The position numbers and the translations under genes are program-made. From IMG/VR virus record IMGVR_UViG_3300023284_002577, positions 1 to 37,128 of that record: a stretch of DNA of 37,128 bases. One strand, given 5' to 3'. This DNA comes from a virus. Below the pieces are notes generated by a model. It was not told the origin of the DNA and did not search any database. It was given only the letters and a program-made list of their open reading frames with translations. This document shows, one piece after another, positions 7,484-17,778 of this stretch; the first letter of the stretch is position 1; each line of letters starts with the position of its first letter.

Positions 7484-8782
7484 ATGGCTAATACTTTTTC
7501 AACCACCGAATTTGCGTCCAGAACGCTCGGTACTTTTTTATACACTCATTCTAATCTCTTAAAAAACGCTTATATGGGCGTTGACGAATTCCAAAAGAAT
7601 CGTCATGGTGGATGGGCACCGGGTAAAACTATTGATATTAAATTGCCTGGCAACCCTGCGGTTCAGCTAGGAATTGCGGTTACTGCGCAAGATATTACTG
7701 ATGTTACCGCTGCTTATACCTTATCTGATCAAGATGTGTACAACGTAACTCGGGCTATTAACATCCAAGATATTGGTGTTGACGTAGTCGGGGGTAAACT
7801 GGCCTTTACCTCTAATCCTTTTGAAGATCCAAAGAATTCAAAACGCTTAAGTCCTCAAGCTCGTACATTTATTGACCAATATGCGTTTCCCGCAGGTCAA
7901 TCTATTAAATCTAAAGTCGAGAAAACCATTACTCGAAAACTAAAAAATGCTACTTGGTACACGCCAATTGATACGCCTGCTAAGTTGGGCAACGTCAATT
8001 CGTATGACACGATTGCAGGTGCTCAAACTTTGATGGATGAACTCGGTTTTCAAGAAGAATTTCGCTATGCCTATATGAATCCACGTGATTATCAATCCGT
8101 GTCTTCATCTTTGCAGAATATGTTTAATCAGGAAATTAACGAACCTATCACAACCCAAGGTCGTTACAGAAAACGCGAACTTGCTGGTTTTGAATTTATG
8201 AAAGCCAATACTATTGAAAATACGGCCGAAGCGCCTCAATTTTCAGTGAGTCCAACTTTCACTGTAGCCAGTGTGGCAGCCGATGGCAGTACCATTACTT
8301 TCGCAGGTGTTCAGGCTGTTACCAGTGTCATTTTCAATGCAGGCAGTCTGATTTCAATTCCTAGTGTGAATTTGTTTAACAAAGTAAACGAAGTCACTCT
8401 TGAAACTAAATTAGTCGTGGACGTAGCGGTCGATGCGACTGGAGATGGTGCAGGGAACGTTGTTGTGACTTTGTCTGATCCATTGATAGCGGTCGGTGAG
8501 CAAGCTAATGTGAATGCATTGCCAGCCGGCTCTGCTCCTGCGGAATTATTCCCAGCGCATCGTAATAACTATTTCTGTATTCCTATGGGCTATTTGGCTA
8601 ATCCCCTACCTTTGGGTGACATTGCCTCAGCTGATATGAATACTCACAGAAAAGAAAATATGTATATCACTACCTATGTGCAAGGTTTGGTTCTGAGTGG
8701 TGTGAATACCTTTAGGATGTCTTTCCAATGTCCTACTTTGGCTATTCCTCGTTATCTCATTAATCTGCCAAGCGCGATTTAA
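7484..8782 (+). CDS. Major capsid (coat) protein, P22 gp5-like
   Basis: 432 aa. YAYMNPRDYQSVSSSL and RKRELAGFEFMKANTI align with remembered P22 coat segments SYFFNPQDYKKAGYDL and RQVAGFDDVLRSPKL. It follows the scaffold gene. Confidence 0.8.
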   Translation: MANTFSTTEFASRTLGTFLYTHSNLLKNAYMGVDEFQKNRHGGWAPGKTIDIKLPGNPAVQLGIAVTAQDITDVTAAYTLSDQDVYNVTRAINIQDIGVDVVGGKLAFTSNPFEDPKNSKRLSPQARTFIDQYAFPAGQSIKSKVEKTITRKLKNATWYTPIDTPAKLGNVNSYDTIAGAQTLMDELGFQEEFRYAYMNPRDYQSVSSSLQNMFNQEINEPITTQGRYRKRELAGFEFMKANTIENTAEAPQFSVSPTFTVASVAADGSTITFAGVQAVTSVIFNAGSLISIPSVNLFNKVNEVTLETKLVVDVAVDATGDGAGNVVVTLSDPLIAVGEQANVNALPAGSAPAELFPAHRNNYFCIPMGYLANPLPLGDIASADMNTHRKENMYITTYVQGLVLSGVNTFRMSFQCPTLAIPRYLINLPSAI

Positions 8783-9210
8783 TGGCTTTGATTTATGACA
8801 CGAAAACCACTCCTTATTTGACGCCGCAATTGGAATTTGAACAATTGTCGAAGAATACCGGGGTGGTGGGCCTTGGCCCTAATGTGAGTTTGGCAAGCCC
8901 TTCTTCGCCCGTCCTATTTCGGACCACTGGAAATGGAATCATATATTTAGAAGGGGGGAATGTCCTCGCCGGGGGCGCCGGATTACCTCTGAATAGTGTA
9001 CTTTTAATATTACCGGAAGCCATCGCTCGAAAAAATTCAACAGCAGTGGGAGTTACTTTTTTGATACCTGCTTTGTCCCCGGGAGGGGACAGCTTAGCCT
9101 TTGTGGGGCGAATTGGGGGGAATTTAATTCAAACTGTAGATGTTGCGGGGATTCCGGCTTTCACGAGCTTATATTTTGGCGGTATTTCTTATTTTACAGA
9201 TAAAGATTAA
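8782..9210 (+). CDS. Tandem paralogue 1 of 4 (MAL.YD..TTPYLTP family), virion-associated protein of unknown role
   Basis: Shares the N-terminal MAL(I/T)YD..TTPYLTPx.EFxQL, central TTGNG..YL.G and C-terminal YFT(D/G) motifs with the next three genes. Confidence 0.75.
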   Translation: MALIYDTKTTPYLTPQLEFEQLSKNTGVVGLGPNVSLASPSSPVLFRTTGNGIIYLEGGNVLAGGAGLPLNSVLLILPEAIARKNSTAVGVTFLIPALSPGGDSLAFVGRIGGNLIQTVDVAGIPAFTSLYFGGISYFTDKD

Positions 9211-9221
9211 GGATAAATATT

Positions 9222-9641
9222 ATGGCAATTACTTATGACAAAGTTACCACTCCCTACTTAACTCCTAGATCAGAGTTTAATCAATTAAAGAGGGAGAATC
9301 GAGGAGATTTGGTTTTTGGCCCCAATGTAGGAGCGAGTCAAAGCGGGGTGCCACCTCAATATTTTACTACCGGAAATGGACTTGTGTATCTTCAAGGCTC
9401 TCTTTTTATTAGCGGAAATCCGTTGGTACTCGATTCTATTATCTTAACCCTTCCGGAAGAGGTAAGAAGCAATCATCCTGAGCAAAGTTATTTCTTTACT
9501 ATAGGCGGCCAAATAATTGGAAATGTATCGGAAACATTTTCTGTGAGTTTGGAAGAAAATCGTCTTTTGGTTAAAGATGCGGCCGGCATTGCAACCGGAT
9601 CGGAACTCTTTTTAAGTGGACTCGTTTATTTTACTGATTAA
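9222..9641 (+). CDS. Tandem paralogue 2 of 4
   Basis: MAITYDKVTTPYLTPRSEFNQL...TTGNGLVYLQG...YFTD; AAGGA RBS. Confidence 0.75.
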   Translation: MAITYDKVTTPYLTPRSEFNQLKRENRGDLVFGPNVGASQSGVPPQYFTTGNGLVYLQGSLFISGNPLVLDSIILTLPEEVRSNHPEQSYFFTIGGQIIGNVSETFSVSLEENRLLVKDAAGIATGSELFLSGLVYFTD

Positions 9642-9651
9642 GGGGATTTTC

Positions 9652-10062
9652 ATGGCACTTACTTATGACCAAAATACTACACCCTATTTAACCCCGCGAT
9701 TAGAGTTTGATCAGTTAAATCAACCTACTTCTCAAGGATTTGTGGGAGGAACCGATATAGCGCTTGGAACTGGCGATCTTGAGCCTAAATATCGCACTAC
9801 CGGTAACGGTCTTATTTTTTTAGAAGGGCAGATTTTGACCACTGGCGCTATTTCACAAGACGCAATAATACTGACGTTGCCGGATGAGATTGGAAGAAAT
9901 GCAGCGGCTATAAAACTGGTGGCCCAATCAATAGACGCCGGGGGGATTTCCGCCACTTTTGATTTGACGCTCACCGGAAATGCGATAACGGTAACTGAAC
10001 AAGCTGGGATTGCGGATACCACTACCATCATTTTGAGTAATATTATTTACTTCACAGGGTAA
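9652..10062 (+). CDS. Tandem paralogue 3 of 4
   Basis: Start set at the family-conserved MALTYD (ATG 9652, AAGGGG RBS) rather than the ORF-track start at 9616. Confidence 0.75.
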   Translation: MALTYDQNTTPYLTPRLEFDQLNQPTSQGFVGGTDIALGTGDLEPKYRTTGNGLIFLEGQILTTGAISQDAIILTLPDEIGRNAAAIKLVAQSIDAGGISATFDLTLTGNAITVTEQAGIADTTTIILSNIIYFTG

Positions 10063-10066
10063 AAAC

Positions 10067-10480
10067 ATGGCACTTACTTACGACACAAAGAACACCACTT
10101 ATTTAACGAACCGATTAGAAGTTGCTCAATTGGCTACTGAAAATACGGGTTTATTGACGCTTGGGCCAAAAATGTTGCAGGTGCCGGAACCTTTTATCCC
10201 AAGGTATCGAACTACTGGAAATGGAATGGTTTATTGGGAAGGAAGCGCCACCGTGCAGTTTGAGTTAAATGAGAGTGATGTGGCTTTGTTGCTTCCCCCT
10301 GCGGCAACTAGAATTGTGCCGAGCGCTTTAATTTTAAGTATTGGCGCTTTAGATAACAATTTAAATAGTGCTGTTTTTTCTTTTGGTTTAGAAGGAAGCC
10401 GAATCACTGTTCAAGAAAATGCAGGTGTGCCGGTGGGTACTGTTTTAGTACTGACCGGCGTCAATTATTTCACCGGGTAA
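10067..10480 (+). CDS. Tandem paralogue 4 of 4
   Basis: MALTYDTKNTTYLTNRLEVAQL...TTGNGMVYWEG...YFTG. Confidence 0.75.
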   Translation: MALTYDTKNTTYLTNRLEVAQLATENTGLLTLGPKMLQVPEPFIPRYRTTGNGMVYWEGSATVQFELNESDVALLLPPAATRIVPSALILSIGALDNNLNSAVFSFGLEGSRITVQENAGVPVGTVLVLTGVNYFTG

Positions 10481-10483
10481 AAA

Positions 10484-11176
10484 ATGACGAATACTGTTAG
10501 AACATTGCTAGAAGATGGCCTCTACCTCTCTGTTGCAGACCGGGAGTATTCTCCCGTGGAACCTGATGGTAGCCAAATTAATCAGGCTTTAAACAGCTTT
10601 ATTCAGATATTTGATGCGTTTCGTCAACAGATTCCTTTTTGGGATTTTAAAACTTTAAATGGCGAAGCCGAATTAGTGAATGTGGAAGCGTCTATTATTA
10701 ATGATCTCCGCTATCAAGTTGGCAATACCACTTATCCTATTAAACAAGTCACGCAAATGGAATTTGCAGAGTTCGAAACAGTCATTGGATTACGGGGTTT
10801 GCCTGAAATATTCTGGTTTAACAAAACTACGCAAACTATTTTGGTTTATCCGTTGGCTGATATTTCTACTCGTAAATTTATTATGGGCTTTTTGCCTTTA
10901 ATTACGATCTCAAATCTGGATCAGCCCTTACCGGCCTCGATTCCATCCTTCTTCCAAGGATTTTTGAAATATCAATTAGCCTCTGAATTGTGTGATTATT
11001 ATACGGTTCCGTGGAGTGCTAAAAAAGAAGCATCACGCCTATTTTATTATGAAAAGCTTTTACAAATTTCACAACGAAAACCGAGTCTCCCCTTATTGAG
11101 ACGTTTGAAGAAAACCCTTTACCCGATTCCTTACTTGGCTTACTTGTCAGGTAATTTGCCGCCAGGAGGAAGTTAA
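10484..11176 (+). CDS. Putative head-tail adaptor (T7 gp11-like pattern)
   Basis: 230 aa. The N-terminal ...INQALNSFIQIFDAFRQQIPFWDF and C-terminal IPSFFQGFLKYQLASELCDYY pattern resembles podovirus adaptor / tubular protein A. Confidence 0.4.
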   Translation: MTNTVRTLLEDGLYLSVADREYSPVEPDGSQINQALNSFIQIFDAFRQQIPFWDFKTLNGEAELVNVEASIINDLRYQVGNTTYPIKQVTQMEFAEFETVIGLRGLPEIFWFNKTTQTILVYPLADISTRKFIMGFLPLITISNLDQPLPASIPSFFQGFLKYQLASELCDYYTVPWSAKKEASRLFYYEKLLQISQRKPSLPLLRRLKKTLYPIPYLAYLSGNLPPGGS

Positions 11177-11421
11177 TGGCACGTTTACCTCAACCACCTG
11201 TTGATAAAAATATTGAGACGCTCCATCGCAGCTTAACCGATGTGATTTCATTTATGCGTCAAACTTTTGACCAAGGGTCAAAACATCCTGGGTTTACACA
11301 AGACCAAATTGATTCTTTTACGGATCTTAGTTATTTGGGAACGATTGTTTTTAATACTACAACCAATGAATCTAATGTGTCGTTTTTAGATGGCGCCACT
11401 GTGGACTGGAGGATAATATAA
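11176..11421 (+). CDS. Hypothetical virion-module protein
   Basis: 81-aa ORF, start/stop coupled (TAATG) on both sides. Confidence 0.6.
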   Translation: MARLPQPPVDKNIETLHRSLTDVISFMRQTFDQGSKHPGFTQDQIDSFTDLSYLGTIVFNTTTNESNVSFLDGATVDWRII

Positions 11422-12020
11422 TGATGTGGGCTGGATTAGCAGGCGCAGGTTTAGGCGCATTAATGGGATCTCAAACTCCCGATTACAGTGGGGCAGCACG
11501 TGATTATGGCCAAACCCTGAATCAAGTAGGACAACAATTTAATCCTTATATTCAACAAGGATTTGCAGCGCAACAACAAATGCAAGGGCTCGGAAAGCAG
11601 GCCATGGCAGATCCTGCACATGAACAAAATCTTTTAGCGCAAGGCTTTCAAACTTCGCCTTATCAACAACAGATCATGCAGAATACGCGTAATCAAATGA
11701 ACATGAATGCTGCTCAAACAGGCATGTTGGGATCGACTTCCCAAATGGGTGCGATGCAGAACCAAATGGCTGGCATGCAAAATCAATTCCAACAACAATA
11801 CATTGATCGCGGTCTACAACAATATGATATTGGCCAACAGAACCTACAGAATTTAGGCATGCTCGAATCTCAACAAGGATTTGGGGCGACTAGAAGCCAA
11901 GCCGAACTCGGCTCTCAAGCTGCTCTGGCACGTATGCAAGGAGCAGAGATGGGCGGGAAAGCCTATAATATGTTTGGGGACGCTCTCGGTGGCGCGATTG
12001 GAATGATGAAGGCATTTTAA
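11421..12020 (+). CDS. Gln/Met/Gly-rich internal (ejection-type) protein
   Basis: 199 aa with Gly-rich hydrophobic ends and a Q/M/N-rich core. Position and size parallel P22 gp7. Confidence 0.5.
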   Translation: MMWAGLAGAGLGALMGSQTPDYSGAARDYGQTLNQVGQQFNPYIQQGFAAQQQMQGLGKQAMADPAHEQNLLAQGFQTSPYQQQIMQNTRNQMNMNAAQTGMLGSTSQMGAMQNQMAGMQNQFQQQYIDRGLQQYDIGQQNLQNLGMLESQQGFGATRSQAELGSQAALARMQGAEMGGKAYNMFGDALGGAIGMMKAF

Positions 12021-12021
12021 T

Positions 12022-13428
12022 ATGGGTATTCCTTTACAATCACTAAATATGAAAGCTTGGGCCGCTCCCGATCCATTTTTAAGAGTGGAACAGATTGCGT
12101 CTGGCTTACAAAACATGCGTGCTCAACAAGCCCACCTTCATTTGGCTCAACAACAAGCAGCTCAACAAGCACCTGTGAGTGCCGCACATGCTCAATTATT
12201 AACAGCTCAAGCCCAAGGAATTCCTCAGCATTTAGCCACTGAACAACAAATAAATGATTTAAAGCTTCAACACGCACAGGAGCAAGAAGCTTTCCTTCAA
12301 AAAAATCCTTTGGCGCGTTTTGGTGCCACTGGTCAAAGTTTAGCTGCCCTAAACTATATGTCGTCTCAGGAAGGAAGTGGACTTGGAGGAGCACAACCAC
12401 AGCCAATGCAAGCGCAACAATCCCCTGGCGCAATTGGAGGTGGGGCATCTCAAGTGCAAACTCCCCCGACGGCTCTAGGCAAACCTACGGTGCCTGAAAG
12501 TGGAGAAGATTTCGCTTTATCTAAAATTAAGCAATTCCAAAAATCTGTGGAACCAACAACCGCGGCTTCTTTAGGCATGCAATTTCAAGACCCCCACAAA
12601 AGAGCTTTGGCGGACGCCATGGTAAGGAAACTCTTTCCTACTAATTACCAATCAGTGCGAGCTTCCATGCTTCCTTTGAAAGAGTATTCATTATTACACC
12701 CAAATATTAGGAACCAAGAGGTATCCAAACTTGCTAATTTCATGGATCCAGAAGTCGCAAATCAATATTTAGCGTCTGGCGGAAGTTTAAGAGCCTATGC
12801 AAAACATGAAGGAATTCCTCAAACTCAAATGGATCAATTGATAGCGCAATATGCACCGACGACCAGTATGCTGTCGCAAGTCCAACGCCAAGGATGGAGC
12901 ACCCATATGTTTAATGTGGTAAGTCCTGTGGCGTCTAAATGGTTTGCGCCTTATGTTCGTTCGGTTGAAGGCCTAAGCCCCAAACTAATAACCCAGATGG
13001 TGCTTAACAAAACTAAAGATCAAGATGCTATCGCCAAAGCTATCGCAGGCACAGCCATGCAACTGGAATTGGTTGCTATGCGGATTCAAGGAGCGGGTTT
13101 ACGTTCTAATAAAAGTTTAATCAATATGGCGTATAAAAGTTCTAATTCGACTTTGCGTAGTTTCCAAGCGTTTTTAAAACCGCAAACTTATATAAAGTCT
13201 CAACACTATCTAGGACAACTTTTAAGCTTAGCTCATGATGCCTCTAATAAATTCGTGAGTCATCCATCGGCCCCCGAAGAGAACTTGCCTGCTGGCTTAG
13301 GTGCGCCTTCACAAGCTGCGCCGGCGGACACTGTGCGTGTGCGTTTTAAAGATGGAAATACGGGAACTATTCCAAGAAACTTGCTCGTGCAAGCCCAGAA
13401 AGATGAAGGAGCAACTCTAATTGGCTAA
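12022..13428 (+). CDS. Internal (ejection-type) protein, Gln-rich N-terminus
   Basis: 468 aa, in the position of P22 gp20 (about 470 aa). The antisense ORF 12017..12448 is judged spurious. Confidence 0.5.
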   Translation: MGIPLQSLNMKAWAAPDPFLRVEQIASGLQNMRAQQAHLHLAQQQAAQQAPVSAAHAQLLTAQAQGIPQHLATEQQINDLKLQHAQEQEAFLQKNPLARFGATGQSLAALNYMSSQEGSGLGGAQPQPMQAQQSPGAIGGGASQVQTPPTALGKPTVPESGEDFALSKIKQFQKSVEPTTAASLGMQFQDPHKRALADAMVRKLFPTNYQSVRASMLPLKEYSLLHPNIRNQEVSKLANFMDPEVANQYLASGGSLRAYAKHEGIPQTQMDQLIAQYAPTTSMLSQVQRQGWSTHMFNVVSPVASKWFAPYVRSVEGLSPKLITQMVLNKTKDQDAIAKAIAGTAMQLELVAMRIQGAGLRSNKSLINMAYKSSNSTLRSFQAFLKPQTYIKSQHYLGQLLSLAHDASNKFVSHPSAPEENLPAGLGAPSQAAPADTVRVRFKDGNTGTIPRNLLVQAQKDEGATLIG

Positions 13429-15205
13429 GATAGATTGGAAACAATATTATGATAAACCTGCATCACAAGGCGCAGTGGCTTCTACGCGCCCTATTGATTG
13501 GTCTCAATATTATGATAAAAAACCCCCTCAAGACTATGGCGTACTACATAATATCGGAGCGGGTTTTGCCAATCCATTAATTAATTTAGCAAATCGCACA
13601 CTTGCCCAGGTGCATGGAATTGGTCATTTAGGACAAGAATCAGGAGTGTTGGCTACTGACGCGGCAAAGCCCCACCACATTGATCCAATCCCTCATTCAG
13701 GAAATATAGCCTATGGAATAGGGGATATTGGAAGTTACGCATTGCCTTTTGAGGGCGAAATGAGAGCCGCAAACTTAGCCACAAAAGGTGCAGAGCATCT
13801 TATTCCGGCCTTAGGCACCTTAGCAGAACACAAAGGGATTGCCACCGCAGGACGCGTTGCCAAAGCTGGAGTAGTTGGGGCTGGCACAGCCATTCCCTTG
13901 CGCGATCCTGATACCTCGATTAAAGGAGCTGCCTTGGGTGGCGGAATCGGAGGGGCTTTGGGAGAAACCGCAGGACAACTATTACGCGGAGTGGGTGCAA
14001 GTTTAGGAAAGATCGGGGCTCGTGAGAAACTAGGAAGTCTTTTCCAAAAATCTGTGGGGGCTATCAATCCGATTGATCCCGAAGAAACAGCGCATGACCA
14101 AATGATTAATACAATTGCGCATCATTATTTAAATAAATTAAATGCGGTCAATCCTATTTATAATAATATATTTAAGACTTTGGACGAAAACGGTGAATTT
14201 ATGCAGCGTCCTGATTTAAAAAGTTATCGTAATACTATCGGAGATATGAGTCACCGCGATAGAGGAAAATTAGAATACTCTAATTTAAGATCCTTTATAC
14301 ACCCCGATTTGAAAGCGATTGATGCTAGAGATGTGCACGCTTATAAATCTGAACTCGGCAATAGAATGGCTAAAATTGGCGACACTCATCCTGATTACTC
14401 TACCTATGCGCGTGCTAGAGAAGGATTAGAATTGGATTTAAATAGTTTCTTAAAGAAAACTGGGCAACATCAAGAATATGCGCGCGCCCAAAAATTATTT
14501 AAAAAGGGTGTCGGACCATTTAGAGATATTAAAGTATTTAGAAACGCTATTATGCCTAATTTAGAAAAAGACATTGATATCGCAGATGGGGAAAAAGTTT
14601 ATAAGTTGGGAGGATTTAAAAGCGACACCCCGATTGGGCGAATTACCAAGGCGTTACTTCCTGAGTCTAAAGATCCCACCATGACGCAATTAAAAAAGTT
14701 GCAAACTTTAATGGGGGGAAATATAAAAGATGCAAAAGAACATGGACGAAATGTATTATATGCACAGCATTTCAGACGTCATCCCAATGGTCAAATGGAA
14801 TTAGATATCCCGAATTTCTTAACGCGCGAAAAACAATTAAGCGATGGGCAACGTGATTTTTTAATTCCAAAAGCAGAACAGAAATCGATTGATACTTTGC
14901 GACGATTAAATCTTAATAAATTATCGCCTAAGCAAAAAACTATTTTACAAACTGGCATGGGAGCCTTTTTAGGCCATGCTATTGGACACTATCCTAAGCT
15001 GGGAACCATTGGAGGTGCGATTATGGGCGCTCCTGGATTTCGCGCATTAGAAAAAGGGGCCGCTTCTATATTTTCCCCAAATGAATTAGATGAATTAGTA
15101 GATTTTTTAAATAAAAAACCGGGAGGAGTGGCAGCAAAAGGAAGAGGTGCGGTCTTAGGTTCTTATCTCGGTGCTCAATCTCAAACGGGAGATAACGATG
15201 CTTAA
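13421..15205 (+). CDS. Internal (ejection-type) protein
   Basis: 594 aa, in the position of P22 gp16 (about 600 aa). TTG start overlaps the upstream stop. Internal duplicated motif IDW(K/S)QYYDK and Gly-rich segments. Confidence 0.5.
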   Translation: MAKIDWKQYYDKPASQGAVASTRPIDWSQYYDKKPPQDYGVLHNIGAGFANPLINLANRTLAQVHGIGHLGQESGVLATDAAKPHHIDPIPHSGNIAYGIGDIGSYALPFEGEMRAANLATKGAEHLIPALGTLAEHKGIATAGRVAKAGVVGAGTAIPLRDPDTSIKGAALGGGIGGALGETAGQLLRGVGASLGKIGAREKLGSLFQKSVGAINPIDPEETAHDQMINTIAHHYLNKLNAVNPIYNNIFKTLDENGEFMQRPDLKSYRNTIGDMSHRDRGKLEYSNLRSFIHPDLKAIDARDVHAYKSELGNRMAKIGDTHPDYSTYARAREGLELDLNSFLKKTGQHQEYARAQKLFKKGVGPFRDIKVFRNAIMPNLEKDIDIADGEKVYKLGGFKSDTPIGRITKALLPESKDPTMTQLKKLQTLMGGNIKDAKEHGRNVLYAQHFRRHPNGQMELDIPNFLTREKQLSDGQRDFLIPKAEQKSIDTLRRLNLNKLSPKQKTILQTGMGAFLGHAIGHYPKLGTIGGAIMGAPGFRALEKGAASIFSPNELDELVDFLNKKPGGVAAKGRGAVLGSYLGAQSQTGDNDA

Positions 15206-17765
15206 TGCAGGATTAGCTAATACACCCTTAATTAATTATTTTTGTTATAACATTTCAACATTTATTTCCACATCGGCAGATGGAACTTGTTTTCCTATTC
15301 TCTCGGTGGCAGATGGTGGTAATGGACAGTTACTTATTACGACTAATGACACATCTGTTTTAAGTTTTGGCGTGGCCATTACTATTAGTGGCACGACTTC
15401 CTATAATGGAAATTATACGGTTTTAAGTTTAACGCCCACCACCTTTAATGTGAGTAGCGTTTTTGGCGTCACGGAAACTGGGAACTGGGAATTAGCGGCT
15501 AATATTACTAGCTCAAACGCTGGAGATCCTCTGGATTTTGGCACCATCACTTTCTTTGATCAAGATGATAAAGTCACCTTACAAGATACTTTTAGCGATC
15601 GAAATTTGACTATACCAAATACCAATCCCATCACATTAGATGCCGTGGGATCCTTTCCTCCCATTTACATGATCGAGGAAGCTTATTTTATTATCATCCG
15701 AGATAAGTTTAATAATCTGGTGGCAACCCTCGATAATTATCTTCCCATTGAAGATGCGGATGCCCCTTCAGTACAATTACCTTCTGGAAATTTATTGGCA
15801 AACTATGGTTTTGAAACAAAAGTTAATCAAAATATATTTACTACTGCTTCTGTAGCCCCTAATGAAACACATGTGGTGAGTGCTGGGTGGTTCTGGGAAA
15901 TAACGACCACTGAAACCAATTCCAATAATACTTATGATTATTTAGAACTCGCAAGTAGTGGATTGCTTGCAAATCCTCGAAATGAATTACAATTAAGAAG
16001 CACTAATAATACTTCTGGCAAATCTATCAATAATTTATTTGCGGTGTTGGGAAGTTACAATATGTTCCAAGATGAGCAATTACAACTTTCTATTTTTACC
16101 CGTCTTATTAGTGGAAGCCCCACTACTATTCCGGTCCAACTTGTGCGGACAAAAAATGGGGTGGCCGAAACGCCCATTAATATTGGATCTATTAATATCG
16201 ACGTGACACGCACCCAAGAAACTTTAACTTTCACAGTCCCTGACTTAACCACAGGTGATTATGATAATAATGATGTGCTGCGCATTGTACTTAATTTACC
16301 CCTCAATATCGATTTTCAATTTGGATTTACCGGCGCATGGACTCAATTAAGTCCGAACGGCGAACTTAATATTAATGAAAATCCTATTTCGCTTAGCAGT
16401 GCTCAACAATTATTTGGAAGTGGCCAAGCCACGATGGGCAGTGAAACCCAATTTGAAATGCGTGGTCTTCCCATCGCCATGGGAGAAGCCTCCTTTTTTC
16501 CTTTAAAGACGACGGGTGAGGTCTTTACGGGAGGAGAAAATGTCACGGCCTATGATGAATTTGCCGCGTCGATGCTCCCTGAATTAGATGAAGGCGAAGG
16601 CGTGGAACTGGTTCGAAATGAAGTGATTGGACAGACTCAAACAAATCGGCTCATTGATTATTTACGAAGTCATAATTTAACTCAATCTACCCTAAGTTTT
16701 ATTGCAACCTCTGCGAGTAATGTGGTGAGTGTTGAAACGGGTATTGGGATTGCGGAAGATAGCACGTGGCAAACGAGTGCGGGTCCTCGCATCACGGTCT
16801 CTAAGACGACTGATGAATTAACTTTTAAATTATCTGCCAAAACGACTGGCAATGGCCGGGTGGTCTTTACTTTTGTGGATCAATTCAATGCATTTACGAA
16901 TGCTCACAACCCAGCATACAGTGCCGGCGGAGGAAGCGTATATGCTAGTCGCCCTAGCCCTGGTGTCATGATTAATTGGGTGGGTTCCAGTGATTTTGAG
17001 ACATTTCTGTCCAATAAAAATAGATTTGTTTCATTTATAGACGAATTTACTATAAACAATGGAAGTGCTTCAGAAAATGCGTCTGCTGAATTTCGGTTTG
17101 TAACTAATTATTCTTTCTTGCATAAAACCATTGATGATCTAACTATACTGGTTGGGTCTCCTACGAGTGTGACGGCTTTGATTACCAATACTGGAGAAGC
17201 GTATAAAGGATTTACCGGCGGCACGAAGTCATTTACTACAGGAGTAGGTGCCCTACAGACAACTACCGCTATTCAAGCTGGTTTTATTAGTTACAATGAT
17301 ATTGGCACCAATCCTGGAACGCAACCCGAACAACCAGCTCGCGTGATAAACTTTGGAGGAATTCCAGGTCACGCCGCACGCACAGGGAGCCTAAGCACCC
17401 TGACGGTTTCATTAGATAAAGCCTTAAATGCCTCTCAAATCGCACGGAAAGTGTCCGAGGACGTCAATACGTCTTTTATTCACGACATCACGATTGTGAG
17501 CACGCCTACTAACGGCGACATCGTAGAGATTTCTAATGGAAGCACTGGCTTTAATTTAATTTTCTTTGATACAGCTCTCACTAAACCCACTAATCCCAGC
17601 ACAGTGAGAAAGCCTATTTTCGCCGAATATACGACCTCCCAAACAACCACACAAATTGCGGTCGCCACCGCGAGTGCCATTAATTTAGGGGTCATGGGAG
17701 TGCCTAGAGCAGCTGATTTAGGGTTTACTTTCCCAACGGGTAATCAATTTTATATGTTTTTTTAA
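15198..17765 (+). CDS. Tail fibre / tailspike-like receptor-binding protein
   Basis: 855 aa from the ATG at 15198 (ATGCTTAA overlap with the upstream stop). Ser/Thr/Asn-rich, beta-type composition, distal position in the tail module. Confidence 0.5.
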   Translation: MLNAGLANTPLINYFCYNISTFISTSADGTCFPILSVADGGNGQLLITTNDTSVLSFGVAITISGTTSYNGNYTVLSLTPTTFNVSSVFGVTETGNWELAANITSSNAGDPLDFGTITFFDQDDKVTLQDTFSDRNLTIPNTNPITLDAVGSFPPIYMIEEAYFIIIRDKFNNLVATLDNYLPIEDADAPSVQLPSGNLLANYGFETKVNQNIFTTASVAPNETHVVSAGWFWEITTTETNSNNTYDYLELASSGLLANPRNELQLRSTNNTSGKSINNLFAVLGSYNMFQDEQLQLSIFTRLISGSPTTIPVQLVRTKNGVAETPINIGSINIDVTRTQETLTFTVPDLTTGDYDNNDVLRIVLNLPLNIDFQFGFTGAWTQLSPNGELNINENPISLSSAQQLFGSGQATMGSETQFEMRGLPIAMGEASFFPLKTTGEVFTGGENVTAYDEFAASMLPELDEGEGVELVRNEVIGQTQTNRLIDYLRSHNLTQSTLSFIATSASNVVSVETGIGIAEDSTWQTSAGPRITVSKTTDELTFKLSAKTTGNGRVVFTFVDQFNAFTNAHNPAYSAGGGSVYASRPSPGVMINWVGSSDFETFLSNKNRFVSFIDEFTINNGSASENASAEFRFVTNYSFLHKTIDDLTILVGSPTSVTALITNTGEAYKGFTGGTKSFTTGVGALQTTTAIQAGFISYNDIGTNPGTQPEQPARVINFGGIPGHAARTGSLSTLTVSLDKALNASQIARKVSEDVNTSFIHDITIVSTPTNGDIVEISNGSTGFNLIFFDTALTKPTNPSTVRKPIFAEYTTSQTTTQIAVATASAINLGVMGVPRAADLGFTFPTGNQFYMFF

Positions 17766-17778
17766 TGGAGTAATAATT

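Noticed and set aside
12017-12448. 143-aa minus-strand ORF inside the Gln-rich ejection-protein gene
   Set aside because: It is antisense to a gene embedded in a tightly coupled operon, and the CAA/CAG-rich sequence keeps the opposite strand open by chance. The same reasoning applies to the antisense ORFs at 970-1329, 1789-2169, 2592-2840, 6634-6954, 9732-10031 and 13735-14067.
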